From: Escherichia phage vB_EcoD_Teewinot
Length of the DNA: 41,800 nt
Reading direction: 5' to 3' (one strand)
Sequence record: NC_073053.1
This document shows positions 16,791-25,907 of this stretch, piece after piece. Each line of letters begins with the position of its first letter. Positions within the stretch are counted from its first letter, which is position 1. Below the pieces are notes generated by a model that was not told the DNA's origin, did not search any database, and was given only the letters and a program-made list of their open reading frames with translations. A program made the translations under genes and the position numbers.

Positions 16791-19700
16791 CGATTATCTA
16801 CGACGTCACTGGGCATAAAGGCGGCGGCGGCAAACAGCACACCCCGCAGGAAACGCCGGATAGCCTGCATTCCCTGGCTAAAATCCGCATCTTGCTTGCG
16901 CTAGGGGAAGGGGAATTCGAAAGTATTACCAGCGCCAGCGAATTACGGCAGCGCGTATATCTGGACGGAACACCGATCCAGAACGCCGACCTATCGGAAA
17001 ACTTCCCCGGCGCGCGCGTGGAGTTCCGCCCCGGCACACAGCACCAGGATGTGATCCACGGATTTTCAGCGGTGGAAAGTGAGCAATCTGTCGGCGTAAA
17101 ACTGGAAAACGGTACGCCGTGGGTACGCCAGATTAACGATACCAGTCTGGACGCCGTTCGCATTCGCATCGGAATTCCGGCCCTGTACACTACCGAAGAT
17201 AATGGCGACCTGGTTGGCGGACGCATTGACTATAAGATCGTTGTGTATACGGATAACGCCGACCCGCGTGAGTTCAGATTCGCCGCCGTTGGTAAAACAA
17301 TATCGCTGTATGAGCGCGACCACCGCATCGAATTACCGCCGAACGTGAATACCGGCTGGCGCGTGGAGGTGCACCGCATAACGGCAGACTCCACATCGGC
17401 GAAAGTGGTTAATGATATCCGGGTGCAGTCCATCACTGAGATTATTGACGCCCGCCTGCGTTACCCGCTAACCGCGCTGTTGTTTGTGGAGTTCGACGCC
17501 AAAGCGTTCCAGAACATCCCGCGCGTGTCCATCAAGTGCAAAGGTCGCAAAGTTCTAATACCGAACAACTACGACCCGATCAATCATACCTATTCCGGGG
17601 ACTGGGACGGCACGTTTAAACGCGCATGGACGGATAACCCTGCGTGGCACTGGTACGATATTTGTATTACTGAGCGCTTCGGCCTCGGTCGGCGTATCAA
17701 ACCGCAAATGCTAAACCGATACGCGCTCTACCAGATTGCGCAGCGCTGCGATCAGTTGGTCAGCGACGGCAACGGTGGTCGAGAAATCCGCTTTAAGAAT
17801 GATATGTACATTCAGTCACAGACGGATGCCTGGACCGTGCTTAAGGATTTAGCCGCCATCTTCGCCGGAATGACCTGGTGGGGCAACCAGATGTTGAATA
17901 TCGTCAGTGACCAACCGGTCGCAGCAGTGTCGCACACTATCACCAACGCCTCGGTTATTGATGGGCGCTTCGACTACGCGTCCGGTAGCCAGAAAACTCG
18001 GTACTCCACGTTCGCAGTAGCATACGGCAACCCGAAGAACCACTATGAAGATGCTATCGCAACGGGGCAACGTGTCGAACTGGTACGCCGCCATAAGATT
18101 AACCGTCTCGATATTACGGCGATCGGCTGTACGCGTGAATCTGAAGCGCAGCGTCGCGGGCACTGGGCGCTAATTTCCAACCAGCTTGACCAGCAAGTTA
18201 GCTTTAAAGTTGGCATGGAAGGGTTATTCTTTATTCCCGGTAGCGTAGTCGCGATCGCGGATACAAACATTTCTGGCGGTTTTGAGACGCGCGGCGGTCG
18301 ACTGTTGTCGGACCCCGGAACTCGTACCGTGCTGAACACGGACAGCGAAATCACATTCCGCCCTGGCGATAAGTTCCTGGTACGCACCGATAGCGGTAAT
18401 GTGGAGACTCGCGAGATCGCCAGCGTCAACGGCAACAAGGTAACGCTAAAAACCGCACTGGACGCCAACCCTATTCCTGACCAGCCGTTTTGCGTTGATG
18501 GCGACGATATCCAGTTGCAGAAATTCCGCATCACCGACCTGGAGTATGACGACTCTACGAGCACTTTCTCGGTGCGCGGGATTGAGTACAACGATAGCAA
18601 GTATGATGCCGTTGATAATGGCGCGCGCCTTGATCCGGGTATCTTTACGCAAGTGCCTGACGGGGTAATGAAGGGGCCGGAATCCGTGACCATCACCCCG
18701 TCGCAGATTTCATCGCAAGGGCAGCTAATCACCAACGTGGATATTGTATTCCCTCCGGTGAAGGATGCCGTGGTGTATGAAATCCAGTGGAGGCGTACCA
18801 GCCTTCAGAATATGGAAATCCAGTGGGGTAACGACTGGGTGAATATCCCACGCACGGCGTCGAATGGGGCGCACATCCCTAACGTGTTCTCCGGTAACTA
18901 CCAGGCACGCGTCCGCGCGATCGGTATGGGCGAGATTTCATCTCCGTGGGTGTCGTCCGCCATCACGCCGGTGGAAGGTCGTCTCGGTGGGCTTAACGCA
19001 CCAATCATCACCAACGCTATTTCGGGCCTTCACCAGATCTTGTGGAAGTGGAACCACAACAACGCCGCTACTGATATCTCGTACACCGAGCTTGAAGTGC
19101 GCAAGACCGGTGAGACTGAATGGAAATTCCTTACCAACGTCCCATATCCGGGGGCGGAGTATGCGCAAACATCGCTGGAGTTCGGAATTTACCAGCAGTT
19201 GCGCGCCCGTGTAGCGGATAAAATCGGCAACCTGTCGGACTGGTCGGCCCCGTTTGAAGGGCAGGTGAGTGACAAAGTTGACGAGTACATGAAGGGGCTT
19301 GATAACGAGTTCTTGACTTCCGAGGATGGTAAACGCTTCCAGGAAGCAATCAACACGATCCCGCAGGGTATTTACGAGGCGATGCTCACCGACGCGCATC
19401 AATTGTTCAACGCCCGCGCCGAGTACAAGGGTATTTATGCGGAAATCTCGGTCGCGTATAACGTGGCGGCGGACGCCCACAAGGCGGTCTCTCAACTGGA
19501 GACGTTGATCGGCACGCGACTTGATGACGCGGAAGCTGCGATCCACACGTTGCAGACCGCGCAGAGCACACATGAACAAGCGTTCGCCCAGTACCAGCAA
19601 ACTGTTGCCGCTAAGTTCAGGGAACAGGAAGCCGCCATCCAGCAGGTACAAACGGCAACCGCAGACGTGGCGGGAGCGCTGGCGGAATATAAGACCCAGG

Positions 19701-20206
19701 TCGCTACACAGTTCGGTCAGCAGTCCGCCGCTATCGAGCAGAAGATGACGTCCTCGTTTAACCACTCTGGTGGTAGCGCCACGTATAGCCTTAAGGCTGG
19801 CGTGACATATAACGGGACTTATTATGATGCGGGTATGCAGCTTTCCGTTGTGACGTCTGGCAACGCGGTTAAATCGCGTATTGCGTTCAAGGCGGACCAG
19901 TTCTACATCATGCATCCGTCCAATGGGACGCTGTCGTCTGCGTTTATTGTGGACGGTGGCGCGGTGTATATCGACACGGCACGCATCAAGAACGCGTCCA
20001 TCAACTTCGCGCATATAACAGACACGCTGCAATCGAATAACTACGACGGCAGCACGCGCGGCTGGCGCTTAGGGAAAGATGGAACGTTTATCAACCTGGG
20101 CACCGGTAGCGGCGGCGGGATGAAACAGACGAACACAAGAATCAGCGTGAAGGACGGAAACGGCGTTCTCCGCGTGCAGATTGGTGAGCTTACTGGTAGC
20201 TGGTAG
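16787..20206 (+). CDS. central tail fibre / host specificity protein J-like
   Basis: 1139 aa, by far the largest ORF; follows the M/L/K/I-like genes in lambda order. C-terminal third is Q/A-rich helical then a probable receptor-binding region. Confidence 0.8.
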   Translation: MTIIYDVTGHKGGGGKQHTPQETPDSLHSLAKIRILLALGEGEFESITSASELRQRVYLDGTPIQNADLSENFPGARVEFRPGTQHQDVIHGFSAVESEQSVGVKLENGTPWVRQINDTSLDAVRIRIGIPALYTTEDNGDLVGGRIDYKIVVYTDNADPREFRFAAVGKTISLYERDHRIELPPNVNTGWRVEVHRITADSTSAKVVNDIRVQSITEIIDARLRYPLTALLFVEFDAKAFQNIPRVSIKCKGRKVLIPNNYDPINHTYSGDWDGTFKRAWTDNPAWHWYDICITERFGLGRRIKPQMLNRYALYQIAQRCDQLVSDGNGGREIRFKNDMYIQSQTDAWTVLKDLAAIFAGMTWWGNQMLNIVSDQPVAAVSHTITNASVIDGRFDYASGSQKTRYSTFAVAYGNPKNHYEDAIATGQRVELVRRHKINRLDITAIGCTRESEAQRRGHWALISNQLDQQVSFKVGMEGLFFIPGSVVAIADTNISGGFETRGGRLLSDPGTRTVLNTDSEITFRPGDKFLVRTDSGNVETREIASVNGNKVTLKTALDANPIPDQPFCVDGDDIQLQKFRITDLEYDDSTSTFSVRGIEYNDSKYDAVDNGARLDPGIFTQVPDGVMKGPESVTITPSQISSQGQLITNVDIVFPPVKDAVVYEIQWRRTSLQNMEIQWGNDWVNIPRTASNGAHIPNVFSGNYQARVRAIGMGEISSPWVSSAITPVEGRLGGLNAPIITNAISGLHQILWKWNHNNAATDISYTELEVRKTGETEWKFLTNVPYPGAEYAQTSLEFGIYQQLRARVADKIGNLSDWSAPFEGQVSDKVDEYMKGLDNEFLTSEDGKRFQEAINTIPQGIYEAMLTDAHQLFNARAEYKGIYAEISVAYNVAADAHKAVSQLETLIGTRLDDAEAAIHTLQTAQSTHEQAFAQYQQTVAAKFREQEAAIQQVQTATADVAGALAEYKTQVATQFGQQSAAIEQKMTSSFNHSGGSATYSLKAGVTYNGTYYDAGMQLSVVTSGNAVKSRIAFKADQFYIMHPSNGTLSSAFIVDGGAVYIDTARIKNASINFAHITDTLQSNNYDGSTRGWRLGKDGTFINLGTGSGGGMKQTNTRISVKDGNGVLRVQIGELTGSW

Positions 20207-20210
20207 TATA

Positions 20211-20229
20211 GGGGCTTCGGCCCCTTTTT
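20211..20229 (+). terminator. rho-independent terminator after the J-like gene
   Basis: GGGGC-ttcg-GCCCC followed by TTTTT. Confidence 0.7.
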
Positions 20230-20242
20230 AACGAGGTTATTT

Positions 20243-20545
20243 ATGGCATTCGGTATCGCAACGTGGGACGAGCAAGGACGCCCAAACAACTACGGCATTA
20301 AACCGGTAAGCGTGATCGGAAGGATTCATCTTGCGGAAGGACAAAAATCAGGCGCATGGTCATTCCCTGTACCGGCGGGGATGAAGGTCGGATACGTGGT
20401 CGCACTGGATAACGGCGCGGTCGGGCCAGGCCGCAGAATAACCGCCAGCGGGAACACTATCACGGTTTCCGCGGCAAGTGCGGTAGGTGGCGGGGTTTAC
20501 TCCGCATCTGAATGTGACGTTATTGTTTTTGTGGAGCGAGCATAA
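20243..20545 (+). CDS. hypothetical tail-associated protein
   Basis: 100 aa ORF with GAGG RBS after the J-gene terminator. Confidence 0.45.
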   Translation: MAFGIATWDEQGRPNNYGIKPVSVIGRIHLAEGQKSGAWSFPVPAGMKVGYVVALDNGAVGPGRRITASGNTITVSAASAVGGGVYSASECDVIVFVERA

Positions 20546-21219
20546 TGGCTAATTACGGCGCGTTGATTGACTTACCAAACGGCAACCCGTTTATCACACC
20601 AGAATCGACGCCGTTTTGTCTATTCCGCCGTGTGGTTGTTGGGTCTTCGGCTAACGGCACTATGCAGTCGGCGGCTGCCGATATTAATTTGGGTGGTGAC
20701 TACCCTGCAATAGCGTTTGTGAAAACTACGCACACCGCCCAGCCGACCGTCGTAGGGTCTTCTCGCGTTGGTAATGTGGTGAAGGTGAGCGCCAGCAATC
20801 CATTCGGGCAAGGCTTCACGATGACGGCTTACATCTTTGCCATATTCCCACAGACCCTTCCGCGGTGGGGCTTCGCTATTTGGGATAAGACGGGGAAGCT
20901 AGTGCTTACTAATGAGAGTCGCGTACTAAGCGATTTAGTTACCGTCGGATCGCCAGGCGCTAACGGGGGGATTAACATTGACCAGACGCTAAATGGCAGC
21001 TACGCCGTCGCTCCGGGCATATTGGGGTCTACGCTGATCCGGTTTTTTGTGCAGGGCCAGCCGCAAGTAATATCGATAACGGCGTACACGGGGGCCAGAT
21101 TTGATGGGTCGCGAACGCGTATATCGGCAGCGTCGGCGGGGAGAGCCACGGGGGGTGTGGTGGGGTATACTAACAACGGCAACGCGATTATGGCGATTAA
21201 CACGGCCAATTATGATTGA
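20545..21219 (+). CDS. hypothetical tail fibre accessory protein
   Basis: 224 aa ORF, start overlaps the previous stop (TAATG), glycine-rich; followed by a bidirectional terminator. Confidence 0.5.
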   Translation: MANYGALIDLPNGNPFITPESTPFCLFRRVVVGSSANGTMQSAAADINLGGDYPAIAFVKTTHTAQPTVVGSSRVGNVVKVSASNPFGQGFTMTAYIFAIFPQTLPRWGFAIWDKTGKLVLTNESRVLSDLVTVGSPGANGGINIDQTLNGSYAVAPGILGSTLIRFFVQGQPQVISITAYTGARFDGSRTRISAASAGRATGGVVGYTNNGNAIMAINTANYD

Positions 21220-21221
21220 AG

Positions 21222-21245
21222 AAAATCCCCTTTCGGGGATTATTC
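21222..21245. terminator. bidirectional terminator between convergent genes
   Basis: ATCCCC-tttc-GGGGAT flanked by an A-run on one side and T-rich sequence on the other; sits between the + gene ending 21219 and the - gene ending 21240. Confidence 0.55.
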
Positions 21246-21458
21246 GCAGGTGGTGTTTTTGAAATGGTCTACCGACACGTACTGGAAGCTAAACGGATAA
21301 CCCGCCCTTAGCATTTTATGCCCGGAGAAGTCCGCAACACCATACACAGGGACCACATAATCCATGCCGCTATTCTGGTATGTGGCGTCGCAGACTTTAG
21401 CGGGCATGTCGGCACAACCTGACAAAAGAACCGCACAAATCATAATTAAAGTTTTCAT
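21240..21458 (-). CDS. small lipoprotein (candidate Cor-like superinfection exclusion protein)
   Basis: 72 aa, signal peptide with lipobox (AVLLSG-C), GAGGA RBS, own promoter; only minus-strand gene inside the tail gene block. Confidence 0.55.
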   Translation of the reverse strand: MKTLIMICAVLLSGCADMPAKVCDATYQNSGMDYVVPVYGVADFSGHKMLRAGYPFSFQYVSVDHFKNTTCE

Positions 21459-21491
21459 GGTATCATCCTCTATATATTTGGTTGAGTTTTA

Positions 21492-21519
21492 GTATTACAC
21501 CGCTCAACCAGGATTGCAA
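21492..21519 (-). promoter_or_regulatory. sigma70-like promoter for the lipoprotein gene
   Basis: On the minus strand: ATTGGTTGCAA supplies -35 TTGCAA (21519-21514), 16-bp spacer, -10 TAATAC (21497-21492). Confidence 0.4.
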
Positions 21520-21540
21520 CCAATTTATGGGGATTTAGCT

Positions 21541-22281
21541 ATGGCAGCGGGTACGCTATCCGTAACGAACAATAGCACGGCGGTAGTAGGAGTCGGCACA
21601 ACGTTTACCGCGTTTAAAGCTGGCGACTTCTTAACGCTGGTGGTAGGACAAGTGCCTTACACAGTGGCGATCGCATCAATCGAAAGTAACACGGCGCTTA
21701 CGCTGGTGTTGCCGTTCGACGGCCCAACGGCAACCGGCCTTGCTTGGGATGGTGTTAAGCGCGATACCATGTCGCTGGCAACGATGGGCGTTACCGTACA
21801 GGCACAGAAAGCGTTGCGATTGATGATTGCAGATGAAAACAACTGGCGTGCGATCTTCGGCGACGCTGAAGAAATTACCGTGACGTTACCTAACGGGCAA
21901 GTCATGCAGGGTATGTCATGGGGCTATCTGTCGAAATTGCTTAAGAACGTAGATCTGGTTGAGATGCGCGACCTCGCAGCGCAAGCCGAAGCATCAAAAT
22001 TGGCAGCGCAGGGATTCCGCGATCAGGCTGAGGAGTGGGCCCGCCAGCGCTTCGGTATTATCGCCGAGGAAGCGGAGCTAATTGCGCCGCAGTACGTTAA
22101 ACACCACGAGTTCCCGATCGAGGATATTCTCGACGAAGACGGCAACAAGATCGGGGAGAAGATGACGGACCGCCCATCCATCGACGTTAACCCGATCGTA
22201 ATGGACTTGATGGGATGTGTTCAATATCTCAATAAGCAGGTGGAGGAGTTGAAGGCCGAGATCGCGGCGTTGAAGAAATAA
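21541..22281 (+). CDS. tail fibre-like protein with C-terminal coiled coil
   Basis: ATG 21541 (the track start at 21514 is a TTG inside the promoter motif); N-terminus MAAGTLSVTNNSTAVVGVGTTF... is paralogous to the ORF at 14055; C-terminus ends in a heptad-like EELKAEIAALKK. Confidence 0.5.
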   Translation: MAAGTLSVTNNSTAVVGVGTTFTAFKAGDFLTLVVGQVPYTVAIASIESNTALTLVLPFDGPTATGLAWDGVKRDTMSLATMGVTVQAQKALRLMIADENNWRAIFGDAEEITVTLPNGQVMQGMSWGYLSKLLKNVDLVEMRDLAAQAEASKLAAQGFRDQAEEWARQRFGIIAEEAELIAPQYVKHHEFPIEDILDEDGNKIGEKMTDRPSIDVNPIVMDLMGCVQYLNKQVEELKAEIAALKK

Positions 22282-22288
22282 ATAGAAG

Positions 22289-22310
22289 GGGCCATACGGC
22301 CCCTTTTTCT
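22289..22310. terminator. bidirectional terminator between convergent blocks
   Basis: GGGGCC-atac-GGCCCC with an A-run upstream and T-run downstream; separates the plus-strand late block from the minus-strand block. Confidence 0.6.
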
Positions 22311-22884
22311 AGTTTGAGTTTTCCCAGGCCATTTTGCGCCGCACCAACGGGCTTTCGTAATACTCCTTTCCCTCCACTTCCACTAAGGGCCAGTCATTAA
22401 CAATGACGTATGGTTCCGCGATATCTTCAATAACGCCGTGCGCGCTTTGTGGCCCGAACGATACGCCCACCAGGATAACACCGGCAACTCTACGGGTGAG
22501 ATACTCGCGAGCGCAACGTGCTTCCACCAATCCGCGACGGATGCCGCTGGTGGCCTTAACCTCGTAGGTCCAGACGGCATCGATCACATGCTCGCGGAAG
22601 TCGGGGCCGGATTTAACCTTGCGCTTACCGACCATGATGATATCGCCGCGGTCGATGGTATTGGCGCTGAACAAGCCGGTACGCATGAGCAAGCCTTGCG
22701 GGATACAACTGCGCCCGCCTGCGTGCCCTTCTAGGTACATGCCCGCAAACATTTCGCCCAGCACACCGACCAGTCGGCTTTGCTTGCACGAGTCGGACGT
22801 TAAGCGCCATTGATCAAACTCGATGCTTGCTATCATTGCCGCCAGGTGGAATTGTTTACCTGATATTTCATATTCGCCGTACAT
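22309..22884 (-). CDS. hypothetical protein, possible PD-(D/E)xK nuclease
   Basis: 191 aa; contains GPDFREHVIDAVWTYEVK, i.e. a literal PD...ExK arrangement. Function is inference only. Confidence 0.4.
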   Translation of the reverse strand: MYGEYEISGKQFHLAAMIASIEFDQWRLTSDSCKQSRLVGVLGEMFAGMYLEGHAGGRSCIPQGLLMRTGLFSANTIDRGDIIMVGKRKVKSGPDFREHVIDAVWTYEVKATSGIRRGLVEARCAREYLTRRVAGVILVGVSFGPQSAHGVIEDIAEPYVIVNDWPLVEVEGKEYYESPLVRRKMAWENSN

Positions 22885-22926
22885 CGTGTGGTCCTCATTG
22901 ATGCGGGCCGAAGCCCGCGATTAGAG

Positions 22927-23448
22927 TTATTTAAGTGCGCCCGTCACCAGTGTTTTTTCCATGTTACGGAAGTCTTCCGGCGTCATGAGGATTTTCGTTC
23001 CGTCCTCGCCAGTGAGCACTACCATCGGCTGGACGTCCTTGGATACGACGCCGAAATTGGCGGCTTTGACAGTCTTGCCCGCCGATGCCGAAGGATGCCA
23101 CGTTCCGCCGGTGGCGATGGGCCAACCTTTAAGGCTGTCGTATTGCGCTGCCGTTGTATCGACCTGAATCTCGTCGTGTACGGTCATGTACGACTCGCCC
23201 AGCAAGGCCGCATACGCTACCAGGTCGACGATATTGTCTTCCTGGTGCTTACGGTGCTGGCGAACCAGCTTCAGGCAGATCAAGAAGGTCCAGGCTTCTT
23301 GCTCGGTCAGGTCGCGCCCGGTAAGCGCGTTAAACACGTCAGCGATTTGTTTAGCGCTGCGTTCTTCTTTCGCGTTGTCATAGCCGTTTTCTTTCCCGCG
23401 CTGCTCCATAGTGGTGGCGGCGTTTTTGCAGTATTCGTATGCTTTCAT
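22927..23448 (-). CDS. hypothetical protein
   Basis: 173 aa from the ATG at 23448 (AAGGA RBS). The track start at 23472 lies in the loop of a GGGGC/GCCCC hairpin. N-terminal helical region with EQEAWTFLICLKLVR; not confidently recognised. Confidence 0.5.
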   Translation of the reverse strand: MKAYEYCKNAATTMEQRGKENGYDNAKEERSAKQIADVFNALTGRDLTEQEAWTFLICLKLVRQHRKHQEDNIVDLVAYAALLGESYMTVHDEIQVDTTAAQYDSLKGWPIATGGTWHPSASAGKTVKAANFGVVSKDVQPMVVLTGEDGTKILMTPEDFRNMEKTLVTGALK

Positions 23449-23496
23449 TATGTGGTCCTTTTTAGGGGCCATATCGCCCCGACGCGTTAACTATAG

Positions 23497-23518
23497 TGCA
23501 ACCAACCTATTGGTTGCA
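23497..23518. promoter_or_regulatory. perfect inverted repeat of the ATTGGTTGCA motif (operator-like)
   Basis: TGCAACCAA-ccta-TTGGTTGCA; the TAG stop of the HAD gene lies in the 4-bp spacer. Confidence 0.5.
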
Positions 23519-23977
23519 AGTAAATTTTGCAACATTTATTGCGTAAATTTTCGGTACCAGATCGCTGCACGCCCGACGAATTGCCGCGATGTTATTCTCG
23601 CAATCTTCAATGATGACCAGTTCCGACACGTCTGCATAGCAGACCATTTTGAATACAGCGCACGCCTTAAACTCCGGCGGCGGGGTGTCGTCCAGCATGT
23701 GGCGCATAAACAACCGGCCTACGGGGAATACTTCCAATTGCTCGACGGTAGTCTCCCAGCATTCTCGCTGCCGGTTTGTCAGATACGCGATCTCGAAGCC
23801 TTGCTCTTTGTACATGCGCAACAGCGGCAGCATATCCATGTTCAGGTCTTCGCGTACATGCGCTTTGTGCCACTTTGCCCAAAAGGTTGATTTCGTTTTT
23901 ATCCCCGGCACCAGGTCGGCACGCGCATCGCTTGAACCGTTAATAACGCCATCCAGATCGCAAATCAGTAATTTCAT
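23507..23977 (-). CDS. HAD-superfamily phosphatase (putative nucleotidase)
   Basis: 156 aa beginning MKLLICDLDGVI, the DxDG(T/V) nucleophile motif of HAD hydrolases. Confidence 0.6.
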   Translation of the reverse strand: MKLLICDLDGVINGSSDARADLVPGIKTKSTFWAKWHKAHVREDLNMDMLPLLRMYKEQGFEIAYLTNRQRECWETTVEQLEVFPVGRLFMRHMLDDTPPPEFKACAVFKMVCYADVSELVIIEDCENNIAAIRRACSDLVPKIYAINVAKFTCNQ

Positions 23978-24198
23978 TTCAACTCCTCGATCAGATTCAT
24001 ACGAACAACACGGGCAGAAAAAGCGTCACACACAAGATGACAACGGGCGGTCATTACAAGCCAGCCGGTGAGGTCAAGGCCCATGATGTATTCGGGGCGA
24101 GACGCGCGCACCACACGATTGCGTCGCGGGTCAATACAGTAGTATTTTTGCATTTGGTCTACTACCGCGGGGTCGCGGTCAACGATTAAGATATTCAA
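23974..24198 (-). CDS. hypothetical protein
   Basis: 74 aa ORF, start and stop overlap neighbouring genes (translational coupling). Confidence 0.4.
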   Translation of the reverse strand: MNILIVDRDPAVVDQMQKYYCIDPRRNRVVRASRPEYIMGLDLTGWLVMTARCHLVCDAFSARVVRMNLIEELK

Positions 24199-24664
24199 GG
24201 AGTTCTCCTTCGCTCATTATTTCAATTTGTGCGCTGCCGATGGGTGGCGCTTCGTCAAAGATTATCAATTGCTGGCACTTGTTATTGCGAGGCCCGACTT
24301 CGCCGGTGACGGCGTGAATGAATCTAATCCGCCAGTCCAGAAGAATTATCAGGTTTGCAGTCTTCCTGGCCAGCTTCGCCCACTTCGTCGACGTGTCCTG
24401 ATTCAGTAGCATGACAGTCCGGCGTCCGTGCGCTGCACACTCGACCCACGGCAGCGGATCGGAATACGGCGGATTGCACCACTTCCACCCTTTCAACTCT
24501 GACCAGTCCACATCAAGCGCGCTGTGCTCTGCCGTGAAGTAACGCGGTAGCAGATGGTTGGCGTAGCTTGCCGCCATATCGTAACGGAATCGGAACTTAC
24601 GGCGCAGCGGTTTAAATAAAGCTGGCGGCGTGCGCCAGCTATCTTTCTGCTCACTCTTCTGCAT
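24179..24664 (-). CDS. DNA N6-adenine methyltransferase (phage Dam-type)
   Basis: 161 aa with DSWRTPP near the N-terminus and WCNPPYS (NPPY catalytic motif). Confidence 0.7.
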   Translation of the reverse strand: MQKSEQKDSWRTPPALFKPLRRKFRFRYDMAASYANHLLPRYFTAEHSALDVDWSELKGWKWCNPPYSDPLPWVECAAHGRRTVMLLNQDTSTKWAKLARKTANLIILLDWRIRFIHAVTGEVGPRNNKCQQLIIFDEAPPIGSAQIEIMSEGELLEYLNR

Positions 24665-25094
24665 AGTCTGGATCTATCGCATACAGGGCGGTTTTCTTGC
24701 TGCTGGATAGCACGCGTTGGACTCTGGACATCTCCTCCTTACTGAGCTGTCGGCTATCGGAATAGTAGCTGCCGTTTGCACGCCACGCTATACGCACCAG
24801 TCCTTTCAGCGGTATCGAAGACTTGCGACCTTTGGGGCGCACGTACGCCTCGGCCCGTTTGCAATGCTCGCGCAAACCTTCTGCTGTGAGTCGATTTAGT
24901 GCGACGGTGCGCTGCATAATACCCATCAACTCATACAGCAGATCGAAGCGCTCCTCTAATTCCTTGCGCGCCTTCTCCTCGCCTTCATAGCTCGCCAGAT
25001 AGGTGTCTGCCAGCGCGCTAACACGTTCGGCCTGTTCGCGGGCTTCGAGGCATTGCGCGGCCCAGTAATTTTTCTCTTCTTGTAAAATTTTCAT
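24651..25094 (-). CDS. hypothetical protein
   Basis: 147 aa, helical charged N-terminal half; GGAG RBS. Confidence 0.45.
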   Translation of the reverse strand: MKILQEEKNYWAAQCLEAREQAERVSALADTYLASYEGEEKARKELEERFDLLYELMGIMQRTVALNRLTAEGLREHCKRAEAYVRPKGRKSSIPLKGLVRIAWRANGSYYSDSRQLSKEEMSRVQRVLSSSKKTALYAIDPDYAEE

Positions 25095-25337
25095 TTATTT
25101 AATCTCCGTAGTGCGGATTTCCTTGCGCGGAATAAATTTGCCGTCTTTCTCGACCCAGCAAGTTCCGAAACGCCATTGGGTATTACGGCCTGTTTGCTCG
25201 GCATATACGGTCTTGCATTCGTAGCGTTCCGTATAGTAAATAGCCGCGGTAGGTACGAAAATACAAACGGCAAACATGAGGGTGAGTATCACCCAAAATC
25301 GAAGGTCGCCGTCGTAGTCGAAAAATAATGATCTCAT
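25095..25337 (-). CDS. small membrane protein
   Basis: 80 aa with one clear TM helix (FWVILTLMFAVCIFVPTAAIYY). Confidence 0.45.
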   Translation of the reverse strand: MRSLFFDYDGDLRFWVILTLMFAVCIFVPTAAIYYTERYECKTVYAEQTGRNTQWRFGTCWVEKDGKFIPRKEIRTTEIK

Positions 25338-25351
25338 CGTGTTGTCTCCAG

Positions 25352-25383
25352 GTATTAAAAAGGGCGTCCAAACAGGACACCCT
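25352..25383 (-). terminator. minus-strand terminator
   Basis: On the minus strand AGGGTGTCC-tgttt-GGACGCCCT followed by TTTTAAT; the mismatch is a G-U wobble only in the minus-strand RNA. Confidence 0.5.
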
Positions 25384-25401
25384 TAATGTAATGCAACCAA
25401 T

Positions 25402-25725
25402 TTACGCATAAAAGTTTGGGTCGCGTGCAACGTCTACCAGGTAAAGGTTGCTTATGCGGTTGCCGTAGTGCCCTGGAGTGCGCTGGCGGCACACAACGGC
25501 GAAGCCTGGAGGGATTGTATTGCCCGTCTCAATAATCCATGCCACGCGTGCGCCAGACAGCGTCTTGCCGTTGCATTCGATGCGTGTCCCACCATCGGCA
25601 GTATTGATGTTGCCAATCTTGCATCCGGTGGACTTCAGACGGATGACTCCGGTTTTGCTGTCGTAGGTGAATAGCTGGTTAGTCATTGCGACCGAAAAAT
25701 CGATTGGTTCGTATGTAGCGTTCAT
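25402..25725 (-). CDS. HNH_3-like protein with degenerate catalytic motif
   Basis: 107 aa; ARVAWIIETGNTIPPGFAVVCRQRTPGHYGNRISNLYLV aligns by eye to the HRLVWE...G.IP.G..IDHINGD..DNR..NL pattern of HNH_3 homing endonucleases, but the DH of IDH is replaced by VC. Confidence 0.45.
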   Translation of the reverse strand: MNATYEPIDFSVAMTNQLFTYDSKTGVIRLKSTGCKIGNINTADGGTRIECNGKTLSGARVAWIIETGNTIPPGFAVVCRQRTPGHYGNRISNLYLVDVARDPNFYA

Positions 25726-25907
25726 TTTAAATTTTCCTCGTTAACCGCTATCGCGAAGCCGCGCGGAGTGAGCGACCGGATTAATTTTGTGCGGGCTGAT
25801 TTACCACCGAGGCGACTATACTGTTTCGAGTACCCTTTTTCAACGAAAACAGGTTTCTTCTCTGGCATACGGAAGCCGCTGCCGTCAAACAATGGCCAGA
25901 TTATCAT
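25722..25907 (-). CDS. hypothetical protein
   Basis: 61 aa ORF tightly packed between helicase and HNH-like gene with overlapping start/stop codons. Confidence 0.35.
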   Translation of the reverse strand: MIIWPLFDGSGFRMPEKKPVFVEKGYSKQYSRLGGKSARTKLIRSLTPRGFAIAVNEENLK

